IMG/VR virus record: IMGVR_UViG_3300023276_001086
Location: 64,001-128,000 of that record
Source of the DNA: a virus
DNA length: 64,000 nt
Strand: one strand, 5' to 3'
Below, one piece after another: positions 19,610 through 27,899 of this stretch (within the stretch, counting starts at the first letter, position 1; each line of letters begins with the position of its first letter). The position numbers and the translations under genes are program-made. Below the pieces are notes generated by a model that ran no database searches, was not told the origin of the DNA, and saw only the letters and a program-made list of their open reading frames with translations.

Positions 19610-20004
19610 GCCGCTGTCGGAGGCCTTACGACGTTCCCCTTCAGCTTCTTACGCAACCGGCTCCCCTGATCCCTACCGCCAACCTTACGCACGAGCATCG
19701 GCCCTCGAGAGGTCTCTGCCTTGAGGGCGTCGATTATCTCGTTGGTCTCCTTGGTCATCTCCTCCGACAAGAACGGAAGGAGCGCATCCCGGTACTTGTT
19801 GAACGACTCCTGAATCGTCTCCGATGACTCTTCCTGCGCTGTCCTGACCGCCTGGACGACGGTGTGCATCCCAAAAAGCTGAATGAGCTGACGACGCATT
19901 TGAATCATGAGGCAAAGCGCCTCGAGAACAGACCCCACCTTGGGCGGTTTGCTCAACAGATCGTACATCATGTTGGCCCGCGCCCAGCCAAGGGGAGTCT
20001 TCAA
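19585..20004 (-). CDS. Tail assembly chaperone C-terminal extension (gpT-like, reached by -1 frameshift)
   Basis: In the -1 frame relative to 20001..21029; GGGAAAT lies just before the upstream stop. Confidence 0.6.
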   Translation of the reverse strand: MKTPLGWARANMMYDLLSKPPKVGSVLEALCLMIQMRRQLIQLFGMHTVVQAVRTAQEESSETIQESFNKYRDALLPFLSEEMTKETNEIIDALKAETSRGPMLVRKVGGRDQGSRLRKKLKGNVVRPPTAAWGRKKRW

Positions 20005-21029
20005 CCATTTCCCAACTCTTCGGCAATCATGATGTTGCGAACCCGGTCATCGAACCAGAAGTAGTTGACCCGCATGTCGGCCAGAACCTGCACCGGGTAA
20101 CGGAGCACGCGCTTGAGCTTCTTCAGGAAGGCCTCGGAGTCAAAGTCGTCATCGACCAAGTGCGCTGGCATGATCTCACTACCAACAGCGTGAAGTCCGG
20201 CGGCCAGATTCATCAGCGCCAAACGCTCACGAAGATAGAGCTCCGATCCATCGAGCTTGCCGAGCTCCTGAAGGATGCCCTGATTCTCCGCACCAGACGT
20301 TGTGCGATACGTCACACTGAAACCGGCGCTGATCTTCACCGTCTGGCGTAGCTCACCGTGCAGAGCCAGATCCTCGATGCTCATGTCATCGAGAGCCTTC
20401 TCTATGCGAGCGCGCCGACGGGGGTTGTTGAACTTGTCAATGGCCGAGTCCATCTCCTGGTCCATGGAGCCCAGCCAAAGATTCTCATCTTCCAGGGGAG
20501 GAGTCTCTTTGGGCTCAGCGGCAGCATCAGGAGCCTCATCCTGTGCCGGTGGTGCCTGCGCAGCTTGTGCGGCCTGCTCCCTGTTCATGGCGTCGCCGAG
20601 GGCCTGCATATCCGACTTGATGGCTTCGACAGGCCTCGGGCTCTGTTGTTGAGGGACTCCTTGTTGTTGCTGACCCTGCTGCGCGAGCTGCTGCATGGAG
20701 ACGCCCTGGGGGCCTTGCTGCGGACCCGGCTGGGGGAAACCCTGCGGCTGCATCGGGATAGGCTGCGGAGGATAACCCGGCGGCGGGTAACCCTGCTGAG
20801 GATACTGAGGCATCCCAGGATGCGGGTACATGGGCTGCGGAGCCTGCGTCGGGTCATAGACCATACCAGGCTGCCCTTGCTGCATACCCGGCGGTATGGG
20901 GTGGCCCTGCTGCGCCTGTGGAGGCTGCGGACCGGGGCCCGGCATCGGCGGCGCACCACCGAGCGGTTGGTCGTGCCCCTTGGCCGCCTCAGTCGGGGTC
21001 GCCGGGGAAGACTTGTCGTCCGTGCTCAT
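20001..21029 (-). CDS. Tail assembly chaperone (gpG-like) with Pro/Gln-rich N-terminal extension
   Basis: Ends ...TTG GGA AAT GGT TGA; helical C-terminal domain. Confidence 0.6.
   Translation of the reverse strand: MSTDDKSSPATPTEAAKGHDQPLGGAPPMPGPGPQPPQAQQGHPIPPGMQQGQPGMVYDPTQAPQPMYPHPGMPQYPQQGYPPPGYPPQPIPMQPQGFPQPGPQQGPQGVSMQQLAQQGQQQQGVPQQQSPRPVEAIKSDMQALGDAMNREQAAQAAQAPPAQDEAPDAAAEPKETPPLEDENLWLGSMDQEMDSAIDKFNNPRRRARIEKALDDMSIEDLALHGELRQTVKISAGFSVTYRTTSGAENQGILQELGKLDGSELYLRERLALMNLAAGLHAVGSEIMPAHLVDDDFDSEAFLKKLKRVLRYPVQVLADMRVNYFWFDDRVRNIMIAEELGNG
20007..20013 (-). other. -1 ribosomal frameshift slippery site G GGA AAT
   Basis: X XXY YYZ heptamer in frame, one codon before the stop; joins to WLKTPLGWARAN. 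Confidence 0.7.
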
Positions 21030-21228
21030 CCTCTACCACGCCTTTCACAAGAAAGTTCGTCAGAATCCGCTTCCTGAAATTGTTCAGAAAGGTGTGCTTC
21101 TGCACCGTCATGGGCATCAGTCCATTCTGTATGAGGTACACGTACATCCGCTCCACGTGGAACTTCAGCCCGTTCCCCTCCCAGATTTCCTCGACCTGCT
21201 CTTCCGTCAGAGCGCCCATGGCCACCAC
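20989..21228 (-). CDS. Hypothetical protein
   Basis: 79 aa; first gene of the leftward operon. Confidence 0.5.
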   Translation of the reverse strand: MVAMGALTEEQVEEIWEGNGLKFHVERMYVYLIQNGLMPMTVQKHTFLNNFRKRILTNFLVKGVVEDEHGRQVFPGDPD

Positions 21229-21326
21229 CTTGCGGCATGAAGTCTCGAGCTGTCAAGAGAAATGTGCAGCAATATGCGGCACGTTTGCCTACACACACCC
21301 ACTGTGATTTTACCTGTCAATGAGGC

Positions 21327-21354
21327 GAAAAGCGTAACGAAATTAGGGGATAAG
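21327..21354 (+). promoter_or_regulatory. Phage promoter motif P3
   Basis: GAAAAG-N14-GGGATAAG(ACTA). Confidence 0.7.
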
Positions 21355-21406
21355 ACTATTAGAAGTCGTGGGGACTTTACCTCTGACATTTACAAAAGGA
21401 AAAGCC

Positions 21407-23284
21407 GTGAACAACGAAGTCATGATCTTCTCAACCAGTGACATTTTTACCAACCTCCGTAACCGGCCCTCCGGCCGGATAGTGGCAGAGAATAGAGACG
21501 GCGTGTACGTCTCGACTGAGAAACTGGAAGCGGCCGTCAACAGCGGGTTCAGGTGCTATGTCGCGTCAACGCGCGAGCGGCTCACTGATGGAGATAGTTG
21601 GTGGGTTGAGATCGTCGGCCGGGACAACGTGTTCCTGGCCGAAGAGCCCGAGTATTATTGCGACTACGGTCCTTCTCAGGACCGGAACGCCTGCGTGAGC
21701 AAGGGGTACACCGACCTCGCGGCCCACCTCGGCGCCGCATGGCCGACGGACAAATGGGATGGCAGACCTGCGTTCTGGCCGAGCGGGATGCCCAAAGTCG
21801 CGGAAGCCCAAGGATGGACTATGGCCAAGTCCTGGGAAGGGCCGATAGAGCTACCGAAGGCGGTACGGCAGGTGGCCAAACACCTCCAAGTGTTTGCGAA
21901 GGCCACGGTGCTGCTAGTAGGCGGTGCCGTGGTAGACGCCCTCCAGGGACGAACGCCAAAGGATTGGGACCTCGAGGTGTACGGGGTGGCGCCCCCGGAC
22001 GTGATCGAGGTGCTCGATCGACACGGGTGGAAACCCCAGGCGGTGGGGAATGCGTTTGGGGTTGTAAAGCTCGCGCACGACGCCACGGATGGCGTCAGTA
22101 TTGATATCAGCTTCCCCAAAGCTGACAACACCCGAGATGGCGAGACGGACTTCGGTCCAGTCGACATCTACATGACACCCGCCGAGGCCGCCCTCCGGCG
22201 GGACCTCACCATCAACAGCCTCATGTACGACATCGAGGCTAGGAAGGTCATCGACAGCCACGGAGGGCTAGATGACCTACGTGACGGGGTGCTTCGGGCA
22301 ACGTCGCCCGAGCACTACGCACAAGACCCGATCCGCCCCCTGCGCGCAATGCAACTCGCGGCACGCAAGGTGCCAAACGTCGACCCCCTCACCATGGCGC
22401 TCCTCCGCTCAATGGCCACCGACGAGGCGTTCGCCTCCTTGGCCATCGAACGCGTGGGGGAGGAGTTCCACAAACTGATGATGGCTGAGAAGCCATCCAT
22501 CGGTCTCGAGGTACTCCGAGAATCGGGGTGGTTGCGCTTCTTCCCTGAACTCGAGGCACTGGTCGGGTGTCCGCAGAACCCAGACCACCACCCCGAGGGT
22601 CCGGTGTGGGACCACACGATGCTAGTGGTGGACGCCATGTCCTCCCTCGCGCGCACCGGCACCTCCTGGACCGAGGAGCCCCTCGATGGCCTGCGCCGGA
22701 AGGCCCTCATGTTCGCGGCGCTCTGCCACGACTTGGGGAAGCCAGTCACGGTGCAAGACGACTTGTCGTGCCCCAAGCATGACGTCGAGGGCGAAGAGTT
22801 GGTGCGCTCCTTCCTCGGACGCCTCACCAACGAAACGGTCCTGACCGAGGCGGTCGTCGCCCTGAGTCGAAACCACATGAGACCATTCGGTCTCGTGGAC
22901 GGCAAAGCTCGAGAGTCGCGCTGGGGGCGGCTCAAGGCCGACCTGGTCAAGCACCCCAAGCTGAAGAATGGCGGTCTGCCCAGCCTCGAAGATGCTGGCT
23001 ACCTCTCCCGAGCAGACTGGATGGGCTCCCGCCCAGTCGGCACCCGCTTCGCCAACGGCTCCACCACGGAGACGGACCGCGACCACCACGAGATTGCCGA
23101 GAGGTGCTGGGAGATGCACCGCGAGCTCGAGAAGGCCGAGCCCTTGGTCGGCGGGCGCGACCTCATCAAGGCCGGGGTCAAGCCCGGACCCCAGATGGGC
23201 AAGCTGGTGAAGGCGGCCTACGTCATCCAGCTAGACGAGCCCGAGCTCGCCCTCGAGGAGCTCATCGCTCGAGTGATGTCGTGA
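21407..23284 (+). CDS. cca: Class II tRNA nucleotidyltransferase (CCA-adding/poly(A) polymerase family) with HD domain and N-terminal extension
   Basis: LVGGAVVD, DWDLE, RRDLTIN, DPIRPLRA, ERVGEEF, HHPEG...HT...HDLGK. GTG 21407 follows SD AAAGGA (track start 21368). Confidence 0.88.
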   Translation: MNNEVMIFSTSDIFTNLRNRPSGRIVAENRDGVYVSTEKLEAAVNSGFRCYVASTRERLTDGDSWWVEIVGRDNVFLAEEPEYYCDYGPSQDRNACVSKGYTDLAAHLGAAWPTDKWDGRPAFWPSGMPKVAEAQGWTMAKSWEGPIELPKAVRQVAKHLQVFAKATVLLVGGAVVDALQGRTPKDWDLEVYGVAPPDVIEVLDRHGWKPQAVGNAFGVVKLAHDATDGVSIDISFPKADNTRDGETDFGPVDIYMTPAEAALRRDLTINSLMYDIEARKVIDSHGGLDDLRDGVLRATSPEHYAQDPIRPLRAMQLAARKVPNVDPLTMALLRSMATDEAFASLAIERVGEEFHKLMMAEKPSIGLEVLRESGWLRFFPELEALVGCPQNPDHHPEGPVWDHTMLVVDAMSSLARTGTSWTEEPLDGLRRKALMFAALCHDLGKPVTVQDDLSCPKHDVEGEELVRSFLGRLTNETVLTEAVVALSRNHMRPFGLVDGKARESRWGRLKADLVKHPKLKNGGLPSLEDAGYLSRADWMGSRPVGTRFANGSTTETDRDHHEIAERCWEMHRELEKAEPLVGGRDLIKAGVKPGPQMGKLVKAAYVIQLDEPELALEELIARVMS

Positions 23285-23482
23285 GCCTCCCCGTTGAAGA
23301 GAAGAAGCGGCTGGGCTCTCACTGGGAAGCGGCGGAGGACCCCCGCCTCCGCGCACGCCGCAACCTCATGCGGGCCACCAGCTGGGTCGACGCCCCAGAG
23401 CCCCCCAAAGAAGAGGGGTACTACTGGCCACCAAGGAACCGCAGGAAATAAAGCGCTGACACTCGTCAGGCTCCTGTGGTTC

Positions 23483-23527
23483 TTTCTCTAGCTAGGTATG
23501 CAAAAACACTAACAAATCCGTGATAGG
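23483..23527 (+). promoter_or_regulatory. End motif plus promoter P4 junction
   Basis: TTTCTCTAGCT, then GCAAAA-N14-GTGATAGG (23500-23527). Confidence 0.55.
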
Positions 23528-23563
23528 TAGTGTGCGGACTTTGGTAACTAACTAAGAAGGAGG

Positions 23564-24082
23564 ATGCGTGTGGCAGATAGAAGTTCCGAGGGAAGAGGAG
23601 ATCGAACCACTTCACGTGTGTCGGTTCTGCGGAGCCAACATCGAGACGATGGAGGACCTGAGACTGGGGATATGCCCGTGGTGCAAGACGAGGCACGATT
23701 TCTAGGGCACACCTGCACCACCAATCGCGGTGGTGTCTACCGAAGCTGGCCGGTCCTTGACCTATGGGAGCTGGCCAAAGACCTACACACCTTCGAGCTC
23801 CCACCCGAACAGCTCCCCGAGTTCGACTTCTACATCGACTCGGAGCCACGGTTCTTCTGGTGGTCCCGGGCTCGAGGGACCAAAGAACAGTTCACGATGC
23901 GTGATCTGGCAGACCACATCCGCCGGGTCAACGATGCCGACCTGAGCTTCCCCATCTTGTTGAACCCGGAAGGGGGTGTGATGGATGGGCTGCACCGGAT
24001 GATGAAGGCCCACATCCTGGGCGTGTGCGTGCGTGTTCAGCAGTTCGAGGAGTGGCCCCCAGAAGGTGCAAAACCGCAGTAA
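23564..24082 (+). CDS. ParB/Srx N-terminal domain protein
   Basis: ADLSFPILL...VMDGLHRMMKA; SD AAGGAGG. Confidence 0.75.
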   Translation: MRVADRSSEGRGDRTTSRVSVLRSQHRDDGGPETGDMPVVQDEARFLGHTCTTNRGGVYRSWPVLDLWELAKDLHTFELPPEQLPEFDFYIDSEPRFFWWSRARGTKEQFTMRDLADHIRRVNDADLSFPILLNPEGGVMDGLHRMMKAHILGVCVRVQQFEEWPPEGAKPQ

Positions 24083-24095
24083 AACTGGGGATAAG
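24068..24095 (+). promoter_or_regulatory. Phage promoter motif P5
   Basis: GCAAAA-N14-GGGATAAG(ACTAATAG), a perfect consensus match. Confidence 0.75.
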
Positions 24096-24135
24096 ACTAA
24101 TAGTGATCTTGGAGGTGCTACCTCCGAATCATTAT

Positions 24136-24314
24136 GGGGACCGCGAGTTCCGTCTTGTGAAACTGAAGGATGACCAATCCTAAAGTAACACCGTTGAAAG
24201 GCCTGGTAAGCCTGACACTGATGATGGATGGTACGCTCGAACGCCAAGGAGAAGGAGGGTTGATCGCCTCTGGACTTTGGTTGTTTACTGGTTCGACTCC
24301 AGTCGGTCCCCCCA
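24136..24314 (+). ncRNA. tRNA-like RNA with His identity (G-1:C73), T arm, encoded CCA and ~110-nt insertion
   Basis: GGGGACCG pairs with CGGTCCCC followed by CCA; T arm ACTGG-TTCGACT-CCAGT; D-like arm AGTT/AACT; long helix GGATGACCAA/TTGGTTGTTT. Confidence 0.75.
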
Positions 24315-24982
24315 TGGCACACATGGACAACGAAGCCCGCAAGGGAAACGGCTCTAACACGACACCCTCAAACGCCGAGTTCGTCGATGAAACCGACGCG
24401 GCCGAAATATTCGCCAGCCACCTATCTCGCCTGGAGCGACAGGTCGAGACCCTCGTGGCCGACGCCGCAGACGCGGCAGAGAATGCCGAGGATGCGGCTA
24501 AATACGCCGAGCGCGAGCGGCGACTAGGCCTGAGCCATGTCGAGCGTCTCAGAGACGACGCCGACCAAGCCCGCTTCGCGCTCGCCGACGCCAACGCCGA
24601 CTACATCGGCGTGCGCACCGCACAATATGTGGACGCCTGCGCGGCGGCGGACAAAGCCGAAGCTGAGGCTGAGGCTCTCGCGCAGGCCACCATCGAAGAG
24701 TTCAATTCGATGGCGCCAGTAGAGCAGGCGAAGGCTCTGCTCGCCGAAAAGCTCGGCGATGATGCGGCTGACGCGATCCTGTTCGCACTCACTGCGAGGG
24801 AGCAGGAAAGGGCGGCAACTCGCCGCAAGAAGATTGCCACCGCCCTGAAGGTCGGGGCCTCGATGGCCGCGATGGGCGGGCTCTATGGAGGGATCATCGG
24901 GATGGCCGTCGAGGCCGCCAAGCCCAAGACCCGCAGGGCCAAGATCGCAACCAAGTTGGTGAATTGGGCCTTCGCCCGCTAG
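24314..24982 (+). CDS. Ala-rich coiled-coil protein with C-terminal hydrophobic segment
   Basis: The track start 24170 overlaps the tRNA-like RNA, so the start was moved to the next ATG (uncertain). Confidence 0.65.
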   Translation: MAHMDNEARKGNGSNTTPSNAEFVDETDAAEIFASHLSRLERQVETLVADAADAAENAEDAAKYAERERRLGLSHVERLRDDADQARFALADANADYIGVRTAQYVDACAAADKAEAEAEALAQATIEEFNSMAPVEQAKALLAEKLGDDAADAILFALTAREQERAATRRKKIATALKVGASMAAMGGLYGGIIGMAVEAAKPKTRRAKIATKLVNWAFAR

Positions 24983-24992
24983 CGCATCTCAA

Positions 24993-25047
24993 TGGGGGAA
25001 CCGGAATAGTCCGGTTCCCCTCCGACTGTGGAGAATTCTTTTTAGCT
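24993..25047 (+). terminator. Hairpin and end motif
   Basis: GGGGAACCGGA-ATAG-TCCGGTTCCCC, then CTTTTTAGCT. Confidence 0.7.
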
Positions 25048-25056
25048 GATGACGTA

Positions 25057-25380
25057 TGATCTGAGAGGGCCCCCTCTCTGTGGCGGTTTTACTTCAACTA
25101 GGTAAGTCTAGTAAGACCCTCTAATTTTACTTTAGATAGAACTAGAGAGGATAATGAGGGGGTCTTACTAGATACCCCTAGTTGAAGTAAAACATCTAGA
25201 GAGAAAGAGCCTCTCTGGATCACCCAGTACAAATAGGAGGGTCTTACTAGACTTACCTAGTTGAAGTAAAACATCTAGAGAGAAAGAGCCTCTCTGGATC
25301 ACCCAGTACAAATAGGAGGGTCTTACTAGATACCCCTAGTTGAAGTAAAACACCTAGAGAGAAAGAGCCTCTCTGGATCA
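25057..25380. repeat. Repeat locus 1: one inverted ~65-bp copy, AT-rich spacer, then 2.8 tandem 79-bp direct repeats
   Basis: Units start at 25160, 25239, 25318; inverted copy 25057-25121; core GGTCTTACTAG-N6-CTAGTTGAAGT. Confidence 0.95.
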
Positions 25381-25393
25381 AACGGGCGTAACT

Positions 25394-25426
25394 AGCTAAG
25401 AAGATTGAGTAACGAATGTTACTCAA
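25394..25426 (-). terminator. Hairpin plus CTTCTTAGCT
   Basis: Perfect TTGAGTAAC/GTTACTCAA stem at the end of the long - strand operon. Confidence 0.7.
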
Positions 25427-25634
25427 CCTGGTCGTCCGACCGACGAACTACCAACAGCCCCTCGTGTTTGCAGAGGATGCAGCGCCCGTACTTGGACTTT
25501 TTGGTGGCGGGTCGAATGACATCGCCAAGGTTCAGGTTGCCGACATCCTCCATTGTCTGATCCTTGTTGCACGTCGGGCTCGTGCAGCGCAGGAGGTATT
25601 CAACTATCAGCGCCGTCTTTCGTTTCATCGTCAT
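25419..25634 (-). CDS. Small zinc-ribbon protein
   Basis: CTSPTC...CILC; start moved to MTMKRK. Confidence 0.55.
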   Translation of the reverse strand: MTMKRKTALIVEYLLRCTSPTCNKDQTMEDVGNLNLGDVIRPATKKSKYGRCILCKHEGLLVVRRSDDQVE

Positions 25635-25830
25635 CTCCAGTACCGAGCACCAGCTTGCCTTCGACAAGCCTACTCCTGACCGCCTCCTTCTGCACGGCCA
25701 GCAGCATCTGCATCTGCCTGGCGCTCTTGGCGATGATGTGGGTGGCAACCTTGTGGCAGTCATCACAGACCGGTACACCCTCCCACAACGCGACCTTGGG
25801 CTTGCCGCAGTTCATGCAAACACCGCTCAC
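25600..25830 (-). CDS. Small zinc-finger protein
   Basis: CMNC...CDDC. Confidence 0.55.
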   Translation of the reverse strand: MSGVCMNCGKPKVALWEGVPVCDDCHKVATHIIAKSARQMQMLLAVQKEAVRSRLVEGKLVLGTGDDDETKDGADS

Positions 25831-26471
25831 GCCGCCCCCAACTTACTGAGAACCCTTCGGCACTCATCATCAAACCTATCGCAGTCGATGATGAGCCGAA
25901 CCGTACCAGAGGGGTCCTCGAGCAAGACAACGCTACTCCGCGCACCAGAACGGATATCCGCCCACCGTTCTAGCGCGGTACCGATTTGCCGAACCGGTAA
26001 CCTCATCCTGTTCAAGATGGTAGCGAGGAGCAGACGACGAACATCCTCCACGGACCACACTCGTCGAGTACCCTTCCCGTCCGCTTCCCCAATCGATGGC
26101 ACCACCACCAACGTCTCCGCCATGTGGATCATCATGCGTTGCGTAATCCCGAGGGCTTTCGAGATACGCACGCCACTCGCGGCAATCTCCCCCACCACCC
26201 CGCGGACAACCGCAACGGCTCTCCTCTTCTCTGACTTCCCCCTTTCTTCCTCCCTCATTCGCTCTATCGTTACCGCAGCCTTCTCTACGTCTCCGTAGAG
26301 GTACAGATCTATGCTCTCGACCTCTCCCGGTTTTGGGTTGACCCAACCGTTGAATATCTTGTTCAATCTGCCCACGTTCAGGTCGAGATCACGCGACATC
26401 TGATTCTGCCTGATACCATTCGCCGCTAGTTGAACCTTCCAGTCCGTGGCGCGCTTCATGTCTACCTTCAT
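25827..26471 (-). CDS. Transcription regulator, XRE-like HTH fused to MerR-like HTH
   Basis: GIRQNQMSRDLDLNVGRLNKIFNG; ISKALGITQRMM...PSIGEADGKGTRRVWS. Confidence 0.7.
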   Translation of the reverse strand: MKVDMKRATDWKVQLAANGIRQNQMSRDLDLNVGRLNKIFNGWVNPKPGEVESIDLYLYGDVEKAAVTIERMREEERGKSEKRRAVAVVRGVVGEIAASGVRISKALGITQRMMIHMAETLVVVPSIGEADGKGTRRVWSVEDVRRLLLATILNRMRLPVRQIGTALERWADIRSGARSSVVLLEDPSGTVRLIIDCDRFDDECRRVLSKLGAA

Positions 26472-27070
26472 GCTCCCCTTATGGCCCGCTTGACGGGCGC
26501 GTAGGACCGTCGGTGCTCTGGACAGGGCCCGTGCTTCTTCAACTGGGCAAGGTGTACCACCGTTGGGTAGCCCTTGTGTGTCTCGAACCCGTAGGCTGGG
26601 TACGCCGCCGCCATCCCTGCTATCAGCTGGTCTCTCCAGACCTTAGCGATGATGGATGCTGCCCCAACAGCCTGCACCTTGGCGTCAGCCTTAGGCATGG
26701 CAGTCTGCTGAGCGGTAGGCACGGGGTGAGGCAACTTGGTCTTGCCGTCCACGACGACGTGGGCATCAGGGAACCGTTCGAGGCAGCACATGGCGCAGGA
26801 GACCATGCAGCCCCGAAGACACTGATTGATGCCGTGCTCGTCGATGAACTCGACCCCCGACTGGGCAATCACCCAGTGAAGACTGTGTTCGTGGATGGCG
26901 TGGATGACATTGACACGCTGATGGGGCTTGAGCGCCTTTGAGTCACCCACACCGTCCACGACCAGCTCCTCCGGGAAGACCACGGCAGCGACGACCACCG
27001 GACCCGCAATGGGCCCAAGCCCCACCTCATCTATGCCGATAATGTTCATCAGACCCAACCCCGCTGTCAC
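26468..27070 (-). CDS. rnhB: Ribonuclease HII
   Basis: GIDEVGLGPIAGPVV, DSKAL, VDG, KAD...AASIIAKV.RD, HKGYPT, HRRSY. Confidence 0.95.
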   Translation of the reverse strand: MTAGLGLMNIIGIDEVGLGPIAGPVVVAAVVFPEELVVDGVGDSKALKPHQRVNVIHAIHEHSLHWVIAQSGVEFIDEHGINQCLRGCMVSCAMCCLERFPDAHVVVDGKTKLPHPVPTAQQTAMPKADAKVQAVGAASIIAKVWRDQLIAGMAAAYPAYGFETHKGYPTVVHLAQLKKHGPCPEHRRSYAPVKRAIRGA

Positions 27071-27115
27071 GAATGCACGTGGCGTTCCCCATCTGGTAGT
27101 CGTCGTCCCTCGACA

Positions 27116-27433
27116 TCAGGGTGCCACCTCTTCCTCACGCCACTGATCGCGCATACGCAGGAGGCGCTTCCCGGCATTACGAAGCGCCCATTGAGACGAC
27201 ATCCCGAAATCAAGCAGCCGCTGCTCTACCGTGTAAGGGAACTCCTCTATGTCCTGGTCAGACAGAATCTCCAGCATGGCCTCGCAGTGGTTCACGTGCT
27301 GTCTGCATTCAGTCTCTTCTTCGTCACTGCATATCTCGAGACTGATTTGGGCGTGGCCTAGCTTGTCCTCTACTTGCTCCAACAAGAAGCACAAATAGTC
27401 GTCGTTCTTCGCCCTTTCGTGCGTGCGCTCCAT
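27116..27433 (-). CDS. Hypothetical protein
   Basis: 105 aa, in operon. Confidence 0.6.
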   Translation of the reverse strand: MERTHERAKNDDYLCFLLEQVEDKLGHAQISLEICSDEEETECRQHVNHCEAMLEILSDQDIEEFPYTVEQRLLDFGMSSQWALRNAGKRLLRMRDQWREEEVAP

Positions 27434-27669
27434 CAGCCTGCCTCCTTCTCATCGAGCTCGCTGGGAGCATCCTCGATGTCGACCCAGCCCGCATTGTTGC
27501 CCTCGGCGTCAGACTGGATCCACATGAACTTCCGCTTGCCCCTGAGCAGTATCTGGATACCGAAGTAGTCAGGATCTGCATCCTCGGGCACCCCGATGAC
27601 CCCGACGATTGTGCCGCCTAGAAGTTGATCCAGGATCTGATCCTTGCAATACTTTGAGTCGTGGCTCAC
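27433..27669 (-). CDS. Hypothetical protein
   Basis: 78 aa; DAEGNNAGW motif. Confidence 0.6.
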   Translation of the reverse strand: MSHDSKYCKDQILDQLLGGTIVGVIGVPEDADPDYFGIQILLRGKRKFMWIQSDAEGNNAGWVDIEDAPSELDEKEAG

Positions 27670-27899
27670 CTCTCTCGCTCCTTGTAGACGGTATCCTTGG
27701 GCGGCTTCCAGTTGCTGAGCAGCTTGGTGAGCTGCTTCCGCTCTGCATTCGCACGAAGCCTCTCTTCTTCGCGCTCCATCTTGGCTCTTGCGAAGCGCAT
27801 CTTCACGTCCTTGTCCGTCTCGCCCTCGAGACGCTTACCTGTGATCTTGCAGCCGGCACCGAAGTCGGCGACGACCACCTCGTCCTCATGGTCAGCCAT
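27666..27899 (-). CDS. Hypothetical protein
   Basis: Start moved to MADHEDE. Confidence 0.5.
   Translation of the reverse strand: MADHEDEVVVADFGAGCKITGKRLEGETDKDVKMRFARAKMEREEERLRANAERKQLTKLLSNWKPPKDTVYKERER

Noticed and set aside
24170-24313. N-terminal 48 aa of ORF 24170..24982
   Set aside because: Overlaps the structured tRNA-like RNA and differs in composition from the rest of the protein.
24136-24314. Canonical tRNA-His or standard tmRNA
   Set aside because: Too long for a tRNA and no GTG anticodon stem in the right place; lacks G3:U70 and is much shorter than tmRNA.
25160-25380. CRISPR array
   Set aside because: The intervening sequences are identical rather than unique spacers; this is a 79-bp tandem repeat, and no cas genes are present.
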